This document shows, piece after piece, positions 19,426 through 29,582 of a stretch of DNA of 64,000 nt (position 1 is its first letter; every line of letters begins with the position of its first letter). The DNA comes from an uncultured virus (IMG/VR IMGVR_UViG_3300030085_002643) (Duplodnaviria; Heunggongvirae; Uroviricota; Caudoviricetes; Kyanoviridae). The notes below the pieces were generated by a model. The model was not told the origin of the DNA, made no database searches, and saw only the letters and a program-made list of their open reading frames with translations. Both the position numbers and the translations under genes were made by a program. The DNA lies in IMG/VR virus record IMGVR_UViG_3300030085_002643; one strand, given 5' to 3'.

Positions 19426-19911
19426 TTACTTGATGAGTAACTCACTAGAGAACTGTCCGATTGCAGATGTTCCCGCGCCACCAGCCGTCAGTGACATGGT
19501 TCCTGAAGAATCGATTGAACCAGCTAAGTCGCCAGCGGTTCCAGCTGCATTACTTGTCATGATGCCGAAGTTCTGAATTTCTCCAGTAGTCGCTGCACTT
19601 GTAGGAATGGCGTCAGCTTGTGTAAATGAAGCAGTGAAAGAGAATGCTTCTCCAGCAGTTGCTTGGGTTGCTGAAATAGAACCAGGAGAATATACACCAG
19701 ACGTGATACCGCCAGTAGAGATTGTATTAGCAGTTGTACCGTCAGTAGTATTCACATTATTGCCTGTGATACTGTAGGAATTTCCTAATCTAGTCGCCTG
19801 TGTTGCTGCTGAATTCACTTGCAGTTGAACACTAGAAGAAAGTCGATGGGTGATATCAGCGTGTGCTGGTGCTGCCATCAACAACATAACGATAGGTAAA
19901 AACTTACGCAT
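19426..19911 (-). CDS. Hypothetical secreted Ser/Thr/Gly-rich beta protein
   Basis: Classic Sec signal MRKFLPIVMLLMAAPAHA. Confidence 0.82.
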   Translation of the reverse strand: MRKFLPIVMLLMAAPAHADITHRLSSSVQLQVNSAATQATRLGNSYSITGNNVNTTDGTTANTISTGGITSGVYSPGSISATQATAGEAFSFTASFTQADAIPTSAATTGEIQNFGIMTSNAAGTAGDLAGSIDSSGTMSLTAGGAGTSAIGQFSSELLIK

Positions 19912-20070
19912 TTTTCCATCGAGAATGGGTCTTACTTATATGTAGGTCTGGGAAACCTTACACTATAGTTCGGAATGCTACACCCAAATATTACTAGGTA
20001 TGACTGTTAAATAATGGTGATTGCCTTCGGGGATCACACAACAAAACTCGCTTATAAAAGGAGCATACAA

Positions 20071-20553
20071 ATGACAGGACTTAGAAAGTTCGGCACGAAA
20101 GATCTTGGTGCCATCGTAGACGCTGCAGAAAGATACAGCGTTGGACTAGACGACGTTTTTTACAGACTACATTCCTACGGAACAGGATCTGTTAATAACG
20201 CATACCCTCCATACAATCTTGTACAAGAATCAAATGTCAAGTGGAGGATCGAAGTAGCACTTGCTGGTTGGTCTAAGGATGAGTTTGAAGTATCTACAGA
20301 ATCAAATGTCCTTCTGATCAGATCAGTCACACCAAAAACCAAAGGTGAAGAGGAATACATGCATAGAGGTATTTCCAGTCGCACCTTTGCTAGAGGATTT
20401 AATCTATCAGATGATGTCGAAATCGGCACAGTCACTTTCAATAATGGATTGTTGGTGGTAGAATTAAGGAAAATCATTCCCGACCACCAGAAACTGAAGG
20501 TTTATGAAATCCAAGATACTTCAAATGCTGAGTCATCCAGTGACTCTGTTTAA
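20071..20553 (+). CDS. hsp20: Small heat-shock protein Hsp20
   Basis: YPPYNL, IEVALAG, HRGIS.R.F, NGLL; AGGAG Shine-Dalgarno before ATG 20071. Confidence 0.93.
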   Translation: MTGLRKFGTKDLGAIVDAAERYSVGLDDVFYRLHSYGTGSVNNAYPPYNLVQESNVKWRIEVALAGWSKDEFEVSTESNVLLIRSVTPKTKGEEEYMHRGISSRTFARGFNLSDDVEIGTVTFNNGLLVVELRKIIPDHQKLKVYEIQDTSNAESSSDSV

Positions 20554-20698
20554 TGGTTTATTTGTTGGGTTCTTGATCATCGTGGGTTTGGCACACAACC
20601 ATGCCCACTACACTATGGAACTAGACCCCGATTCATATGTGAGAGCATGGTGTAAAAAGAATCCAGACACTTGTCAGAGTTATCTCGATGATTATTGA
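20504..20698 (+). CDS. Small membrane protein
   Basis: One TM segment, HNHAHY motif, C-x6-C. Confidence 0.7.
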   Translation: MKSKILQMLSHPVTLFNGLFVGFLIIVGLAHNHAHYTMELDPDSYVRAWCKKNPDTCQSYLDDY

Positions 20699-20714
20699 TA
20701 TATAATACATAATC

Positions 20715-20741
20715 AAAGAGACCTTCCAAAGGTCTCTTTTT
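20715..20741 (+). terminator. Rho-independent terminator
   Basis: AAAGAGACC/GGTCTCTTT stem followed by T run. Confidence 0.8.
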
Positions 20742-20758
20742 GTTTGAGGTGTATTCTT

Positions 20759-20989
20759 ATGAATGTCTATGTAAATGTAAAACCGAATAATTATAATGGC
20801 GACACCGACCTATTGACAATTGAGGTTCCTTCAGCCTATACTGAGGAAATCCTGAAGCATGTTCGACCTATTGCAGAATACAAGAATGTGAATGAGGATA
20901 AAATCCTAAAAGATATTATTAAACAATCTATTATCGAAATCGAACGGAGAAGTTATGAGCGTAAGAGTCGTAAGGCTAAAAAACGGTGA
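20759..20989 (+). CDS. Hypothetical protein
   Basis: ORF with GAGG Shine-Dalgarno. Confidence 0.7.
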   Translation: MNVYVNVKPNNYNGDTDLLTIEVPSAYTEEILKHVRPIAEYKNVNEDKILKDIIKQSIIEIERRSYERKSRKAKKR

Positions 20990-21413
20990 GGATGTTATTT
21001 GTGATCTCTTTGAGGTTACTATGAAAGATGATCCTGAGAAAGCAGTTGCACTCAGGATGGACTATCCTTACAATATTTCTATTCTCGAACCTGATGATTC
21101 TGACGATATCATGATGGGGTTTGAGGAAGAAGGTGACGAAGTTTCTGAAGAGGAACTTACAGAAATGGCAGAGTATGATGATGCTCTTGCTGAAGAAGAA
21201 TATGATGAGGGTATCAAGAAAATGACAGGTCTTGATATTGACATGCGTCCTTGGGCACCTTTGTGCGCGACCAATCAGATTCTTATCAAATTAGATGATA
21301 TTATTAGTGCGTATGAAACGCATGAAATTATCGTTGAAAAATACAACGAACTAGTGGAGGCAGCAAAGAGTGGACGACGCGATCAAAATAGTTCTCTTAA
21401 GACAGAGAAGTGA
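20955..21413 (+). CDS. Conserved hypothetical protein with acidic insertion
   Basis: VVRLKNGEDVICD N-terminal motif; upstream of gp43. Confidence 0.75.
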   Translation: MSVRVVRLKNGEDVICDLFEVTMKDDPEKAVALRMDYPYNISILEPDDSDDIMMGFEEEGDEVSEEELTEMAEYDDALAEEEYDEGIKKMTGLDIDMRPWAPLCATNQILIKLDDIISAYETHEIIVEKYNELVEAAKSGRRDQNSSLKTEK

Positions 21414-21612
21414 ATATCTGATCGGTAAGATTACTGAACTTGATGAGGAACCCAGTCTACTCATTGAGAATTGTTATCAGATTGAAGATGAGGAATGCAT
21501 GAAACCATTCCCAAGATTTAGTTCGCAACGCGATCTGTTCTTGACATCCGAGTGTGTTTTGACTATACTGGATCCAGCACCGAAATTGCTGGAAGCGTAC
21601 AAAGCACTATGA
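21370..21612 (+). CDS. Conserved hypothetical protein
   Basis: GTG-start ORF overlapping the gp43 start. Confidence 0.7.
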   Translation: MDDAIKIVLLRQRSEYLIGKITELDEEPSLLIENCYQIEDEECMKPFPRFSSQRDLFLTSECVLTILDPAPKLLEAYKAL

Positions 21613-24107
21613 GTTCATTTTACACCAACATTCAACTTGCTGGTGATACCATACTTTATCGCGGGTACGAAGATGGGCAACCTGTCCAGTTTCGTGCCCA
21701 TTTTAGTCCGACTCTATATGTTCTTTCAAAAAATACTGAGGAGTACAAAACCCTAGATGGGCGTAATGTATCTCCGATTGATTTTACGAACACTAGATCG
21801 GCACGAGAATTTATTAAACAATACGATGGCGTTGAAGGATTTGAGATTCATGGATACGACCGATTCGTATATCAATACATCAGGAGAGAGTTTCCTGGTG
21901 AAGTAGATTATGATATTAGTCAGATGAAAATCTACGCAATGGACATTGAGGTCCAGTGCGAGAATGGATTCCCTAATGTAGAAGAAGCAGCAGAAGAAAT
22001 GCTTTCAATCACCATCAAAGATATGGTGACCAAGCAATATTATTGTTGGTGTACTAGAGAATTTGAAGCACCCAAAGGTGTGAAAGCAGAGTTCTTTTGG
22101 ACAGAGCATGAGATGCTTTCTAACTTCCTAAAGTGGTGGGGAGAAAATACACCAGACATTCTTACGGGTTGGAACGTGAATCTGTATGACGTTCCATACA
22201 TCGCCCGTAGGGTTTGTCGTGTGCTTGGTGAGAAATGGATGAAGGGATTGTCCCCATGGAATCGTGCAAATGAGAGGGAAGTTTATGTCAAGGGCAGGAA
22301 AAATATTGCTTACGATATCTCTGGTGTCAATATTCTTGACTATCTGGATCTATATCGAAAGTTTACATACTCAAATCAAGAATCTTACAGACTTGACCAT
22401 ATCGCTTTCGTCGAACTTGGGCAGCGAAAAGTTGATCACTCTGAATACGAAAACTTCAAAGACTTCTATACCTCTGATTGGCAGAAGTTTATGGAATACA
22501 ACATCCAAGACGTTGAACTGATCGACAGACTGGAAGATAAGATGAAGTTGCTTGAACTTGCCATCACGATGAGTTACGATGCAAAGGTCAACTTTGAAGA
22601 TGTGTATAGTCAGGTCCGTATGTGGGACACCATGATTTATAACTATCTTACAGATCGACATATTGTTGTTCCGCCGAAGAAGGGTGCCAAGAAAGATGAA
22701 AAATATGCAGGAGCATACGTCAAGGAACCGATTCCTGGAAAGTATGATTGGGTTGTGTCTTTTGACCTTAACAGCCTCTATCCTCATCTCATTATGCAGT
22801 ACAACATCTCGCCAGAGACGCTTGTCGATGCCCGCCACCCCACGGCAACAGTTGATAAAATACTTGGACAGCAAATAAATGTTGATAAAGAATATTGTGT
22901 CTGTGCTAATGGGGCACAATATCGAAAAGATGTTCACGGGTTCCTACCCGAAATGATGCAGGAGATCTACAATGAAAGGACCATTTACAAGAAACGAATG
23001 CTTGAGTCTAAGCAAGCTCTTGAACATGCCACCACACCTGCAGAGACCTTGGCACTACAAAAGGATATCTCAAAGTTTAACAACATCCAAATGGCAAGAA
23101 AGATCCAACTCAACTCTGCCTATGGTGCCATCGGAAACCAATACTTTCGATACTACAATCTTGCAAATGCTGAGGCGATTACTCTCAGCGGGCAAGTCTC
23201 GATTAGATGGATTGAAGGGAAAGTAAATCAATACCTAAACAAACTACTCAAAACGGAGGACCACGACTATGTTATTGCTTCCGATACTGACAGTATCTAC
23301 ATCTGTCTTGATCTACTTGTTCGCTCAGTATTTGATGGTAAAGAAGTTTCTACAGAGAGGATCGTCAACTTCCTTGATGCCGCCTGTAAGAAACAAATCG
23401 AACCCTTCATCGACAAGTCTTATCAACAACTAGCAGATTATGTTGGTGCTTATGAACAGAAGATGTTCATGAAGCGAGAGAACATTGCTAACAAGGGTAT
23501 ATGGACTGCTAAGAAGCGATACATCCTCAACGTCTGGGACAGTGAGGGTGTTCGCTATGAGAAACCCAAACTCAAAATCATGGGCATTGAAGCAGTCAAA
23601 TCATCTACTCCTGCTGCATGTCGTACATCAATTCGTGATTGCTTGAAGGTGATTATGAATGAGAATGAAGAAGCAGCACAAAAGTTTATTGCCGACTTCA
23701 AAGATGAATTTACATCTTTGCCGATCGAAGATATATCCTTTCCGAGAGGTTGTAATAATCTAAATAAATGGTCACACCCTGCGACCATCTATAGCAAAGG
23801 TACACCCATTCATGTGAGAGGAGCACTCCTGTATAACTTTCACAACAAGAAAAACAAACTAACGCACAAGTATCCTCTTATTCAGGATGGCGAGAAGATT
23901 AAGTTTGTTTACTTGAAGACCCCAAACAAAATTGGCGAGAACGTGATCAGTTATCTGAATACGTTCCCGAAGGAGTTTGGACTTGACAAACAGGTGGACT
24001 ATGATCTACAATTTGGAAAGAGTTTTCTTGATCCGATCAAGGTAATCATGGACGTTATCGGGTGGCAACCTGAAAAAATAGCATCACTGGAGTTTCTATT
24101 CGGATGA
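21609..24107 (+). CDS. gp43: Family B DNA polymerase gp43
   Basis: DIE exonuclease motif, SFDLNSLYPH, KIQLNSAYG, SDTDS; no intein or intron seen. Confidence 0.98.
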   Translation: MSSFYTNIQLAGDTILYRGYEDGQPVQFRAHFSPTLYVLSKNTEEYKTLDGRNVSPIDFTNTRSAREFIKQYDGVEGFEIHGYDRFVYQYIRREFPGEVDYDISQMKIYAMDIEVQCENGFPNVEEAAEEMLSITIKDMVTKQYYCWCTREFEAPKGVKAEFFWTEHEMLSNFLKWWGENTPDILTGWNVNLYDVPYIARRVCRVLGEKWMKGLSPWNRANEREVYVKGRKNIAYDISGVNILDYLDLYRKFTYSNQESYRLDHIAFVELGQRKVDHSEYENFKDFYTSDWQKFMEYNIQDVELIDRLEDKMKLLELAITMSYDAKVNFEDVYSQVRMWDTMIYNYLTDRHIVVPPKKGAKKDEKYAGAYVKEPIPGKYDWVVSFDLNSLYPHLIMQYNISPETLVDARHPTATVDKILGQQINVDKEYCVCANGAQYRKDVHGFLPEMMQEIYNERTIYKKRMLESKQALEHATTPAETLALQKDISKFNNIQMARKIQLNSAYGAIGNQYFRYYNLANAEAITLSGQVSIRWIEGKVNQYLNKLLKTEDHDYVIASDTDSIYICLDLLVRSVFDGKEVSTERIVNFLDAACKKQIEPFIDKSYQQLADYVGAYEQKMFMKRENIANKGIWTAKKRYILNVWDSEGVRYEKPKLKIMGIEAVKSSTPAACRTSIRDCLKVIMNENEEAAQKFIADFKDEFTSLPIEDISFPRGCNNLNKWSHPATIYSKGTPIHVRGALLYNFHNKKNKLTHKYPLIQDGEKIKFVYLKTPNKIGENVISYLNTFPKEFGLDKQVDYDLQFGKSFLDPIKVIMDVIGWQPEKIASLEFLFG

Positions 24108-24259
24108 ATAAAACAAGATTTATTGTGACTTATCAAAGCGCATTTGGATTCTCTGCAAGAGAAGAAAAAGTCTTTAATGATCACAAAGAAGCAGAATGGT
24201 TTGAGCGTGCCATGAAACGCTCCAATTACATCACCACATTATTGGAGGTTAAGGAGTGA
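24104..24259 (+). CDS. Small hypothetical protein (51 aa; not in ORF track)
   Basis: [55 protein letters not shown] and GTGA overlaps at both ends. Confidence 0.7.
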   Translation: MNKTRFIVTYQSAFGFSAREEKVFNDHKEAEWFERAMKRSNYITTLLEVKE

Positions 24260-25266
24260 ATTTTCTAAAGGAAGTTGTAAGTGAAATTGGTAATGAATAC
24301 GCTGGACTTGTCTCTGACGGAGTGGCTGCTGGTGATACAAGCGGCTACATTGACACTGGTTCTTACGTCTTTAATGCTTTGGTTTCTGGGTCAATCTACG
24401 GAGGTGTCCCTGGCAACAAAATCACAGCTATTGCAGGCGAATCGTCTACTGGTAAAACTTTCTTTTGTCTTGGTATTGTTCAACATTTTCTCGATTCTGA
24501 CCCTGATGCAGGGGTAATTTATTTTGAATCTGAGTCTGCTATCAGTAAGCAGATGATTGTTGATAGAGGTATTGATGCAGAACGAATGATGATTGTTCCT
24601 GTGTCTACTATTGAAGAGTTTCGTACACAATCTTGTCGCATTCTTGACAAGTATATGGAACAAGATGAGAATCAACGCAAACCAATGATGTTTGTCCTTG
24701 ACTCCCTTGGAATGCTTGCTAGTAATAAGGAAGTGGAAGATGTTGCGAACGACAAACAAGTTCGTGACATGACTAAGAGTCAGTTGATCAAGGGTGCCTT
24801 CCGTGTGCTTACGCTCAAATTAGGTAAAGCAAATGTCCCAATGTTGGTCACTAATCATACATATGATGTGATCGGTTCTTATATCCCGACTAAAGAAATG
24901 GGAGGTGGAAGTGGACTTAAATATGCTTCATCAACAATTATATATCTATCAAAAAAGAAGGAAAAGGATGGTACGGAGGTTGTTGGAAATATTATCAAAT
25001 GCAAAGCACAAAAATCAAGATTGACAAAGGAGAATTCACAGGTTGAAACACGTCTTTATTACGACCGTGGACTGGACAGGTATTACGGACTATTGGAATT
25101 GGGTGAGAAATACGGAGTATTCAAGCGGAAGGGGAATCGGATCATTTTTGGTGAATCTTCTGTTTATCCTAAGTCTGTCCTCGCTGATCCGCAGAAGTAT
25201 TTCACCCCCGAAGTGATGCAAGCACTAGACGAAGCTGCTAATAAGGAGTTTCGCTATGGCAACTAA
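24256..25266 (+). CDS. uvsX: RecA-like recombinase UvsX
   Basis: [24 protein letters not shown]. Confidence 0.97.
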   Translation: MNFLKEVVSEIGNEYAGLVSDGVAAGDTSGYIDTGSYVFNALVSGSIYGGVPGNKITAIAGESSTGKTFFCLGIVQHFLDSDPDAGVIYFESESAISKQMIVDRGIDAERMMIVPVSTIEEFRTQSCRILDKYMEQDENQRKPMMFVLDSLGMLASNKEVEDVANDKQVRDMTKSQLIKGAFRVLTLKLGKANVPMLVTNHTYDVIGSYIPTKEMGGGSGLKYASSTIIYLSKKKEKDGTEVVGNIIKCKAQKSRLTKENSQVETRLYYDRGLDRYYGLLELGEKYGVFKRKGNRIIFGESSVYPKSVLADPQKYFTPEVMQALDEAANKEFRYGN

Positions 25267-25822
25267 ACTTACAGACTACATCAAATGTTATGATGGTATG
25301 TTTGATGAAAGTTTTTGTAAGTCAGTGATACAGGCGTTCAATCAATCAAAGGTTGAACGTATTGATCGCGAACAGAGACCATCTTTTAATGAGATGAATA
25401 TCTCTCAGAGATACATTGCTAAAGATCCTCTGTGGATGAGTATTCAGAAGCATATTCAAACAGTGTTTATTGACGCTGTTGAGTTGTATATGAATTCTTT
25501 ACAAGTGGAAGCAGACTTTCCTGCAAGGTATTCTTTTGAAGAGTATAGAATCAAGCAGTATGATAACAATGGATATGATCAGTTCAAAGATCATGTCGAT
25601 GTAGGAGATTATAATTCTGCTCGTAGATTTCTAGTGATGTTTTTATATTTGAATGATGTGCATCTTGGTGGAGCAACAAACTTCCCCAAATTGCAACACG
25701 CAGTTACGCCTGAATGTGGTAGAATACTTTTATTCCCTGCTACATGGCAATATCGTCACTCGGGTCAACCTCCTGAGTCTGACAAAAAATACATTGTTGG
25801 AACTTATCTACACTACCTATGA
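25256..25822 (+). CDS. 2OG-Fe(II) oxygenase (prolyl-4-hydroxylase-like)
   Basis: [40 protein letters not shown]. Confidence 0.88.
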   Translation: MATKLTDYIKCYDGMFDESFCKSVIQAFNQSKVERIDREQRPSFNEMNISQRYIAKDPLWMSIQKHIQTVFIDAVELYMNSLQVEADFPARYSFEEYRIKQYDNNGYDQFKDHVDVGDYNSARRFLVMFLYLNDVHLGGATNFPKLQHAVTPECGRILLFPATWQYRHSGQPPESDKKYIVGTYLHYL

Positions 25823-27164
25823 ACCTCGAAGTCACGATTCTAAGTAATCTCCTCTATAATGAGAGGTATGCTAGGAAAGTCCTTCCGTTCTTGAAGGTAG
25901 ATTACTTTACTGTACGTTCCTACAAGGTTGTGTTCCTTGAGTTGCATGAGTTCATCAGTCAGTATGATGCACTACCATCTCTGAATGCACTTAGTATAGA
26001 ATGTCAGGAACGAAATGATCTTTCCGAAGAGCAGTTCAAAGAAATTGTTGAGGTTTTAAATGTCCTTTCCGATGATTCCGCAGACCACGACTGGCTCGTG
26101 GATACTACGGAAAAGTGGTGTCAAGAGCGTGCGATCTACCTATCGCTTATGGAGTCTGTCAAGATTGCTGACGGACAAGATACCAAACGTGATAAAGGTG
26201 CTATTCCGCAGATTCTTTCGGAAGCACTAGGAGTATCTTTTGATCAACATGTTGGTCATGATTATATCTCTAATGCATCTGAACGCTTTGAGTATTACCA
26301 CAGGAAGGAGGACAAGATTCCTTTTGATCTAGAGTTCTTCAATAAGATCACTAAAGGTGGTCTAGTCAACAAATCATTGAATGTTGCACTGGCAGGCACT
26401 GGTGTTGGTAAGTCTTTGTTTATGTGTCACGTCGCTGCTGCAGCACTTCTTCAAGGCAAGAATGTTCTATACATTACTTGTGAGATGGCAGAGGAAAAGA
26501 TTGCAGAACGTATTGATGCTAACCTTTTGAATGTTCCTATTCAGAAACTTGCTGATCTACCACACCCAATCTTTGAAAAGAAAATCAAATCACTGGCAAA
26601 TAAGACTCAAGGCAAGCTAATTATTAAAGAGTATCCTACAGCGTCTGCACATGTCGGTCACTTTAAGTCTCTTATTAACGATCTTGCTCTTAAGCGGTCT
26701 ATTAGACCCGATATTATCTTTGTGGATTACCTCAATATCTGTGCTTCCCAAAGATATAAAGGGNNNNNNNNNNGCTTCGTGGTCTCGCGTGTGAATGCAA
26801 CGTACCTATTATCAGTGCTACGCAGACCACTCGTTCAGGTTACGGTAGCACTGATGTTGACCTTACTGACACTTCTGAATCCTTTGGTCTCCCTGCTACT
26901 GCTGATCTTATGTTTGCCCTTATTAGCACGGAGGAGCTTGAGGGCATGAATCAGATCATGGTGAAGCAACTCAAGAATCGATACAACGATCTCAATGTGA
27001 ACAAACGTTTTTGTTTGGGTATTGACAGAGCGAAGATGAGGTTGTATGATGTTGAGGAGTCTGCTCAGGAAGATCTTGTCAATTCTGGTCAAGAAGAAGA
27101 GAAGGTTGATCTGGTCAAACGATTTACAGCAAAGAAAACATTCCAAGAACTAAAGTATGATTGA
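25819..27164 (+). CDS. gp41: Replicative helicase gp41 (split in ORF track by the N gap at 26764-26773)
   Basis: AGTGVGKS and IFVDYL; after the gap a different frame continues with SATQTTRSG...SESFGLPATAD...QLKNRY. Confidence 0.95.
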
Positions 27165-27558
27165 TCCAATTAAGTATGCAGCATTCGTCGATGCGGTTAC
27201 GTCGCGGCAAAGTAAAGAACACGAGGCATTCGTTTATCGTATTCAAGAACTTGAAGGTCAAGGATTTCCTTCCGAGCGACTGCTTACTGCTGCTGTAGGT
27301 ATGTCTGCTGAAGCAGGTGAATTCACTGAGGTTGTAAAGAAGATTGTCTTCCAAGGCAAACCTGTCAACGAAGATAATCTGTTTCATTTGAAACGTGAAC
27401 TGGGTGACATCATGTGGTATGTTATGCAAGCATGTATGGGACTTGGCACTGACCTTGATGAAATCATTGAGATGAATGTTGAAAAACTCAAAGCACGATA
27501 TCCTGGTGATGAGTTTGATGTCCACTATTCTGAAAACCGTAAAGAAGGAGACGTATGA
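27157..27558 (+). CDS. mazG: MazG nucleotide pyrophosphohydrolase
   Basis: AEAGEFTEVVKK, RELGDIMWY, KLKARYP. Confidence 0.93.
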   Translation: MIDPIKYAAFVDAVTSRQSKEHEAFVYRIQELEGQGFPSERLLTAAVGMSAEAGEFTEVVKKIVFQGKPVNEDNLFHLKRELGDIMWYVMQACMGLGTDLDEIIEMNVEKLKARYPGDEFDVHYSENRKEGDV

Positions 27559-27932
27559 TTGGTAAACTTGATCCAGAAGAAAATGTAATGGATGAAGAGA
27601 ATATGATGTATCCTGGTAAGATGCTTGGTGAACTCGCCATTGCTCTTGAAAAACTTGGATGGGAATATGGTGACGATGTTGCTGTAGAAATTGCTGGTTC
27701 ATCTGTTTACATGATTGATGGTGCAGGTACAAAGTGGGCACCAAAGAGAGGAACAGTAAAATATAATAAAGACGCATTCATTGTAATCAAAAACAAATCT
27801 CGTGATCCATTTCTCCCCTCAGTAAACGATGACCCTGAACGACTCGCCCACCACCTCAAACAACCAGTGGAGACAGTTCGCGAATCTGTCGATAGCAAAG
27901 AATCTTCTGAACAGCGTAGCGGCACTACTTGA
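27555..27932 (+). CDS. Conserved hypothetical protein
   Basis: Coupled ORF; GTKWAPKRGTVKYNKDAFIVIKN. Confidence 0.75.
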   Translation: MIGKLDPEENVMDEENMMYPGKMLGELAIALEKLGWEYGDDVAVEIAGSSVYMIDGAGTKWAPKRGTVKYNKDAFIVIKNKSRDPFLPSVNDDPERLAHHLKQPVETVRESVDSKESSEQRSGTT

Positions 27933-28144
27933 TGGAAAATGGTACAGCACCGAAACCCTTGACTACCAAGGAAAGCGAACCTATCGATACATCATCGAAA
28001 TCGAACTCCCTAAAGGACCCGATGGTTCCTATCTTGATGTTCCTAGGATGCATCCTAGCGACTCTTAGTGTAATCGTTGCTGGTTATTTCAAAGGTAATA
28101 TGCACATTGAAACTGTATGGCACAACCTAAATACCTTCAACTAG
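27929..28144 (+). CDS. Small hypothetical membrane protein
   Basis: One TM segment; true start may be internal; an overlapping alternative ORF exists. Confidence 0.55.
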   Translation: MMENGTAPKPLTTKESEPIDTSSKSNSLKDPMVPILMFLGCILATLSVIVAGYFKGNMHIETVWHNLNTFN

Positions 28145-28158
28145 AAGTGTATAGATAA

Positions 28159-29502
28159 ATGGCAAACTCTCCCGCTGAAGTATTTCTGGCAATAAACGAT
28201 GCTCTTCAGGACACTGAAGTAGAACAAGTTCAAGAGAGTAAGACAATGCAAAAAATGCGTGTCATCTCTAAAGAACGTTCAGAAGTTCAGGGAGAGGTAC
28301 ACCAAAAATTAAAAGCAAAGGGGGTTCGGTTTGACACTACAGTTGTCAAGTCCGAGTCCTCTTTTGCTGTAACTGAGATTCCAATTGATGATACTGAAGG
28401 TAAATATAAAATTAGATTAATTTACAAGCAGAAAGGTGGTGGCGGTTCTGGTGCAGGTGCAGCACTAACAAAGTTATCTGAATCAGCACAGTGTATGTAC
28501 GCTGCTCTTGCTTGGAAGAATAGTGGTAAGATTGATAATTCGGATGTAACTTGTGAAAGTTTCAATGATCCAAAAGTAAAAGATAAAACACTTACGGATG
28601 AAAATTACAGAGCAATGTGTAATGATCTTCCTGATGACTGGATTAATTCTTGCTTAACAGGTGCTAAGAAACTATATGATACTTACAGAAAGGGTGACTA
28701 TACCTTTCATAGAGGTTCACCTGTAGTAAATGAAATAGAAGGACACTTTAAAAGAATTAAACGAGCAGAAGGTGTGAGGATGGACCTTAACAAATGGTCT
28801 CCTGCAGACATCTATCTTGTGCGTAAAGATTTTGACATTGGATGTATTGCATCCGAAAAAACTATTCTTGGATTGAACGCTTGCATGAGGCAGGAACTTG
28901 ATGCAGGTAGATTAATTGGTGTATCCTTAAAGAAAATTACTGGAAGTAGTGCTAGACTGAAACCAATGAATCAGTCTGGAACTGCACCTACAGTTACATA
29001 TGATGGATTTGAATTAAGTCCTGATTCAATGGATGGATATCTAAAAGTTAAAGTTGGAACTGGTCAGGCAAAGATTCAGTTTAGAAGTTTTGGAGGAGAA
29101 ACATCTCTTACAGGTTGGCAAGGAGAAATCAAAGGTGCATCTGCAAACCAAGGAAAGATTTCATATGGTCCTATCAATTTGATCCTCAGGAATCATGGAG
29201 TTACACAAGTTAAAGCAGGGGCAGCAGCAGATGCTAAGAGGAATGATGATTCTGTTGCAACTCAGATTGCAATGGGTATGTTAGAGTTGGGTGCATATAA
29301 AACAGGTAAAGCAAAAGATTATGTTTTACTCATCAAAGGTAAATCTAATAAGTGGAGATACTCTAAACTTCAGGTTGTACAGTTGCTATCAATCATCAAG
29401 AATTTAAAACCTGCTAACAAGAGAAATCAGGTATGTGAAGACTTGTTCTTATATGCGTCCAGTCAGTCTCAGTATTCTGCCCCATACATGAAGATGGAGT
29501 GA
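28159..29502 (+). CDS. Hypothetical protein, putative PD-(D/E)xK restriction-endonuclease-like fold
   Basis: E...NKWSPADIYL...LIGVSLKK spacing; CTAAATA late-promoter-like element upstream. Confidence 0.55.
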   Translation: MANSPAEVFLAINDALQDTEVEQVQESKTMQKMRVISKERSEVQGEVHQKLKAKGVRFDTTVVKSESSFAVTEIPIDDTEGKYKIRLIYKQKGGGGSGAGAALTKLSESAQCMYAALAWKNSGKIDNSDVTCESFNDPKVKDKTLTDENYRAMCNDLPDDWINSCLTGAKKLYDTYRKGDYTFHRGSPVVNEIEGHFKRIKRAEGVRMDLNKWSPADIYLVRKDFDIGCIASEKTILGLNACMRQELDAGRLIGVSLKKITGSSARLKPMNQSGTAPTVTYDGFELSPDSMDGYLKVKVGTGQAKIQFRSFGGETSLTGWQGEIKGASANQGKISYGPINLILRNHGVTQVKAGAAADAKRNDDSVATQIAMGMLELGAYKTGKAKDYVLLIKGKSNKWRYSKLQVVQLLSIIKNLKPANKRNQVCEDLFLYASSQSQYSAPYMKME

Positions 29503-29511
29503 CAGATTACA

Positions 29512-29557
29512 AAGTGGCACAGTGCCGTCCCCGCTCTGCATGTGGGTGTGCTATAAT
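29512..29557 (+). promoter_or_regulatory. Early promoter with AAGTGGCACA motif
   Basis: GTGACA..TGGCAC inverted pair, TGCTATAAT, GAGG Shine-Dalgarno before TTG 29583. Confidence 0.6.
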
Positions 29558-29582
29558 ATGGGAAACAGATGAGGAACACACC

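Noticed and set aside
26764..26773. Apparent frameshift or split of gp41; likewise psbD (48457-48466) and the GIY-YIG gene (42787-42796)
   Set aside because: Each break coincides with a 10-N scaffold gap (others at 12631, 14309, 34900, 40225), so these are assembly artefacts rather than pseudogenes, introns or programmed frameshifts
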